In this document: positions 60,599 to 64,000 of the stretch, in pieces | How positions within the stretch are numbered: the first letter of the stretch is position 1 | Layout: each line of letters starts with the position of its first letter | Assembly: GCA_041484665.1 (NCBI GenBank) | Contig: JBGPIA010000002.1 | Coordinates: 480,001 to 544,000 of the forward strand | Source: Candidatus Krumholzibacteriia bacterium | GTDB taxonomy: Bacteria > Krumholzibacteriota > Krumholzibacteriia > JAJRXK01 | DNA: 64,000 nt | Reading direction: 5' to 3' | Notes under the pieces: model-generated | What the model saw: the letters and a program-made list of their open reading frames with translations, nothing else | What the model was told of the DNA's origin: nothing | Databases searched by the model: none | Program-made: the position numbers and the translations under genes

Positions 60599-61532
60599 AC
60601 ATGCGCGTTGGGACGTGGTCGCCTGAGCCGATGAGCTGCTCCTTGGCCTGGCTCCAGCGCGGATGCGGGACGTTGGGGTTCACGTTGCTCAAGAACGAGT
60701 ACTCGTCGGGGGCCAGGTCGTTCCAGAACGTGCGTGGCTGCTCGGCCACGAACTCGATCTTCACGAACGACTTCGGATTCTTGTAGCCGTACTTCCAGGG
60801 CACGATCACGCGCAGCGGCGCCCCATGCTGGTTGGGCAGCGGATGTCCGTAGATGCCTGTGGTCACCATGGCCAGCTCGTGCATCGCCTCGTCCATGCGC
60901 AGCGCCTCGTAGTAGGGCCACGGGTACCAGGTCTGCGTCTTCTGCCCCACCGCCTCCGCGGGCCGCAGGAACGACGTGAAGCGCACGAATCTCGCCTGGC
61001 TGGTGGGCTGCACCTGCTCGATGAGCTTGCGCAGCGGAAACCCGGTCCACGGCACGGTCATCGCCCAGGCCTCGACGCACCGGAAGCGGTAGACGCGCTC
61101 TTCCAGCGGCATGGACCGGATGAGCTGCTCGACGTCGAGCTTGCCCGGCTTGCTCACGAGGCCAGCGACCTCGACGGTCCATGGCCAGGCATGGAACTCC
61201 TTTGCCAGCTCCCAGACGCGCCCCTTGTCGGTGGTGAACTCGTAGAAGTTGTTGTGAGCGGCCGCGACCTTCTCCTCGCTCAGCGCGCGGTCGACGGTGT
61301 AGCGCTGGTTGCGCGCCGCCGGATAGCGGTCGGCGGTGGGCAACTTCGCGAAGTCGGGCAGCTGCGCCTGCGCATCACGGGGGCGCGGCTTGCCCACACC
61401 CGCGATCAGGGTGGCTCCCCCCAGTGCGGTCAGGCCGGCCAGGGCCAGGAATGCGCGCCGGCTCCGGTAGGCCGATTCGGGAGTGACCTCGCGCTCGGGG
61501 ACCTCCCAACCCCTCTTGCGGTGAACGTGCAT
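60534..61532 (-). CDS. msrP: Protein-methionine-sulfoxide reductase catalytic molybdo-subunit
   Basis: SRRAFL Tat motif, NNFYEF, RFRCVEAW, YYEALRMDEAMH, QHGAPLR, PWKYG.K, NVNP.VPHPRWSQ. Confidence 0.93.
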   Translation of the reverse strand: MHVHRKRGWEVPEREVTPESAYRSRRAFLALAGLTALGGATLIAGVGKPRPRDAQAQLPDFAKLPTADRYPAARNQRYTVDRALSEEKVAAAHNNFYEFTTDKGRVWELAKEFHAWPWTVEVAGLVSKPGKLDVEQLIRSMPLEERVYRFRCVEAWAMTVPWTGFPLRKLIEQVQPTSQARFVRFTSFLRPAEAVGQKTQTWYPWPYYEALRMDEAMHELAMVTTGIYGHPLPNQHGAPLRVIVPWKYGYKNPKSFVKIEFVAEQPRTFWNDLAPDEYSFLSNVNPNVPHPRWSQAKEQLIGSGDHVPTRMFNGYEEFVAAMYPQEVRGAKG

Positions 61533-61692
61533 GGTGGAAGCCGCCTCCTGGGGGAACTGCGGGGGAAATCAACGTGGACAGCCCGTCTCCCGCTACCATA
61601 ATTGCCGGGGCCGGACCGCCGCCACCGACACGCCCGCGCTCGAGTGCACCATCCTACGACACACCGCCATGGGAGCGTACGCCTTGTCAACG

Positions 61693-64000
61693 ATGGGTGC
61701 CTGCCACCGGTTCCCGGACCTCCTCCGTTGCGCCGTGCGCAACGCCGCCCGGCGACTGGACCCCCGGCGGCCCGCGCTGCGGGGGACTGCGCGCGGGCAC
61801 GCGGCCTTGCGGCGGCCGACCCAGGGACAGCACGGCCCGGAGCCGCCCGTCCTGCGGCCGCCCTCGACCGTGGTGCTCCTGTCGGTGTTGTTCGTGCTGT
61901 TGCCCGCGCGGGGGCCGGCCGGCGCGCCAGCGGCGGGCATCCGCCCCGCGGACGCGCCAACGGCGGGCGCGGGTGAGAGCGGCGAGTTTCGCCTTCCCAA
62001 CGGCCTGCGCGTGCGCCTCATGCCCGACGCTGGCAGCGGGCTGGTCGCGTGCAATGTCTTCGTCGGCGCGGGCTCGACACGCGAAGAGGACCGCTATGCC
62101 GGCAGCAGCCACTTCCTGGAGCACCTGCTCTTCAACGGCACGACCACCCGAACCCAGGAGCAGCTCTACGCCGGAGCCGACCGCATCGGCGCCTACAACA
62201 ACGCCACGACGCGCCAGGAGTTCACCCATTTCATGATGGTGGCGCCTAGCGAGCACCTGGACGAGGCGTTGCAGCTGCAGTCGGACATGCTGCTGCGGAG
62301 CACGCTGCCGCCGCAGAAATTCGAGAAGGAGCGCGGCATCGTCCTGGAGGAGATGAGCAAGGACCGCGACGATCCCGCCACGCGCGCCGAGGCGGTGCTG
62401 GACAGCGCGCTGTATGGCGGCACGCCGTTCGCACGTCCGGTGCTGGGCACCGTGGAGACCATCGAGGGCCTGCCGCGCGAAGCGGTCTGGGAGTACTACC
62501 GGCGCCAGTACGTGCCCGGCAACATGCTGCTCCTGCTCATGGGCGAGTTCGATGCCCAGGCCGCCCGCAAGCTCATCGCGGAGCGCTTCGCCGGCGACGG
62601 GGGCGCCGCCGGCGGCGCTGGCGCGCGCGCGGCGATGCTCTTCGAGCCCGCGCTGGCCCTGCCGCACGCGAGCGCCCTGCACCTGCGGGCGCTGTCCGGC
62701 GAGCAGATGCACGTGCGGATCGCGATCCCGCTGCCGCCGCCGGGCGCGGCGGGGCACAGCGAGCTGGCGCTGTTGGCCTTCGTGCTGGGCGGCGGCGAGA
62801 GCAGCCGCCTGCAGCGGGCGCTCGCCCGCGAGCCGCGGCTGGCGGTGCCCGACCTCTCTTGCGGGCTGGTACACCGGGCAGGCGCCACGCTGCTGGACGT
62901 CCGCGCCGCGTTCGACCCGCAGGTGGCCTACGAGCAGGTCGTGGAGCGGCTGTGCGGCGAGCTGGCGGGCCTGGCGACGCAGCCGGTGACCGAGCAGGAG
63001 CTCAAGGCAGCGCGCACGCGCGCCCTCAGCGAGGAGATCTCCCAGATCGAGCAGCTCCACTACTACGCGATCCTGCAGGGCGACCGCATCTGGCGGGCAC
63101 CCGCGGGCTTCGAGCGGGAGCATCTGCAAGCGATCGAGCGGGCGACGCCGGCGGCGCTGCTGGCGGTGGCCAAGGAGCAGCTCGCCCGGCCGGCGGTGCA
63201 GGTCTGCGTGGCTGGACCGGGTCTGGCCGCCCAGGACCGGCCGGTGGAGCCGGCGGAGGTCGGCTACACAGCCACGGCGTCGCCGGCGGCCGGCGCGGCG
63301 CCGCCCGGCTCAGCCGCCACGGCGGAGGCGGCGTCCGCCGCAGCAGCAGCCTCGGCGGCCGCCGCCATCGACCCGGCGTGGCCGCCCGCCCTGGAGCAGG
63401 ACGAGCCCCCCAGCGTCACGGTACTGGAGAACGGTCTCACACTCATCCACAGCGCGTCATCGAGCGCGCGCATGTTCGCCCTGCATCTGCTGGTGCGCGA
63501 CCGCAGCGGGCGCGAGCTGGCCGGCAAGGAGGGAATCGCCGACTTGCTGCACCGCATGCTGCCGCGCGGGGCGGGCCCCTACGACCGCGCCGCCTTCGCC
63601 CAGCAGCTCGACGCCATGGCCGCCGAGCTCAAGGTGGTCGACAGCCCCCAGATCCCCTACGACGATTACTACACGACGCCCTTGTACTCGTTCGTGCGCC
63701 TGTCCTGCATCGATGGCTACTACCGCGACGCGATCCGCCTGCTGGGTCTGATGGTGACGCAGCCGCGGCTCGACGCGACAGAGCTGGACGATGCGCGGCA
63801 GGAGTTGCTGTCGATCCTGCGCCGCGAGGCGGGCCAAACCAGCGCCGCGGCGCGCGACGAGCTGGCGGCGCTGCTCTATCCCGGGCATCCCCTCGTCCAT
63901 CGCGTGCTGGGCACCGTAGAGAGCGTGTCGGGCATCGACCGCGCAGCGCTGCAGGCGTTCGCGCGGGAGTATCTGGCGCCATCGGGCATGGTGCTGGCGG
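61693..64000 (+). CDS. M16 family zinc peptidase (fused two-domain type), truncated at the window end
   Basis: Manual translation: LPNGL...AGSSHFLEHLLFNGT (HxxEH)...NATT...EKERGIVLEE; second half begins VLENGL; open to 64000. Start uncertain. Confidence 0.88.
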   Translation, partial: MGACHRFPDLLRCAVRNAARRLDPRRPALRGTARGHAALRRPTQGQHGPEPPVLRPPSTVVLLSVLFVLLPARGPAGAPAAGIRPADAPTAGAGESGEFRLPNGLRVRLMPDAGSGLVACNVFVGAGSTREEDRYAGSSHFLEHLLFNGTTTRTQEQLYAGADRIGAYNNATTRQEFTHFMMVAPSEHLDEALQLQSDMLLRSTLPPQKFEKERGIVLEEMSKDRDDPATRAEAVLDSALYGGTPFARPVLGTVETIEGLPREAVWEYYRRQYVPGNMLLLLMGEFDAQAARKLIAERFAGDGGAAGGAGARAAMLFEPALALPHASALHLRALSGEQMHVRIAIPLPPPGAAGHSELALLAFVLGGGESSRLQRALAREPRLAVPDLSCGLVHRAGATLLDVRAAFDPQVAYEQVVERLCGELAGLATQPVTEQELKAARTRALSEEISQIEQLHYYAILQGDRIWRAPAGFEREHLQAIERATPAALLAVAKEQLARPAVQVCVAGPGLAAQDRPVEPAEVGYTATASPAAGAAPPGSAATAEAASAAAAASAAAAIDPAWPPALEQDEPPSVTVLENGLTLIHSASSSARMFALHLLVRDRSGRELAGKEGIADLLHRMLPRGAGPYDRAAFAQQLDAMAAELKVVDSPQIPYDDYYTTPLYSFVRLSCIDGYYRDAIRLLGLMVTQPRLDATELDDARQELLSILRREAGQTSAAARDELAALLYPGHPLVHRVLGTVESVSGIDRAALQAFAREYLAPSGMVLA

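Overview
Very GC-rich bacterial chromosomal segment, mostly housekeeping genes: etfBA, aceE, gltA, rocD, groESL with a CIRCE operator, valS-rodZ-uvrB-nadC-birA-coaX, yigZ and msrP. Four secreted proteins end in a 'PNPFNP' FlgD-Ig/T9SS-like sorting domain, which suggests an FCB-group candidate lineage such as Krumholzibacteriota, Latescibacterota or Eisenbacteria (inference only). No rRNA, tRNA, CRISPR array or mobile element was recognised. Main points of interest: (1) a compact spt - GNAT (bCerS-like) - SDR (CerR-like) - Aur1/IPC-synthase-like PAP2 operon at 6.8-11.2 kb, flanked by a glycosyltransferase, a methyltransferase and a membrane sulfatase-family gene, consistent with a complete ceramide pathway plus a eukaryote-like head-group transferase; (2) a Rho homologue whose RNA-binding OB domain is replaced by a ~135-aa G/P/Q/R low-complexity region; (3) an unannotated 22-aa hydrophobic peptide gene with a hairpin-sequestered RBS and its own terminator, resembling a type I toxin locus (54.55-54.75 kb); (4) a CcdA-like membrane protein lacking the catalytic cysteines, a Tat-exported triple-HxH lipoprotein, and an 11-bp tandem operator upstream of a MauE-thioredoxin fusion. 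All calls come from motif recognition by eye; no database searches were run.
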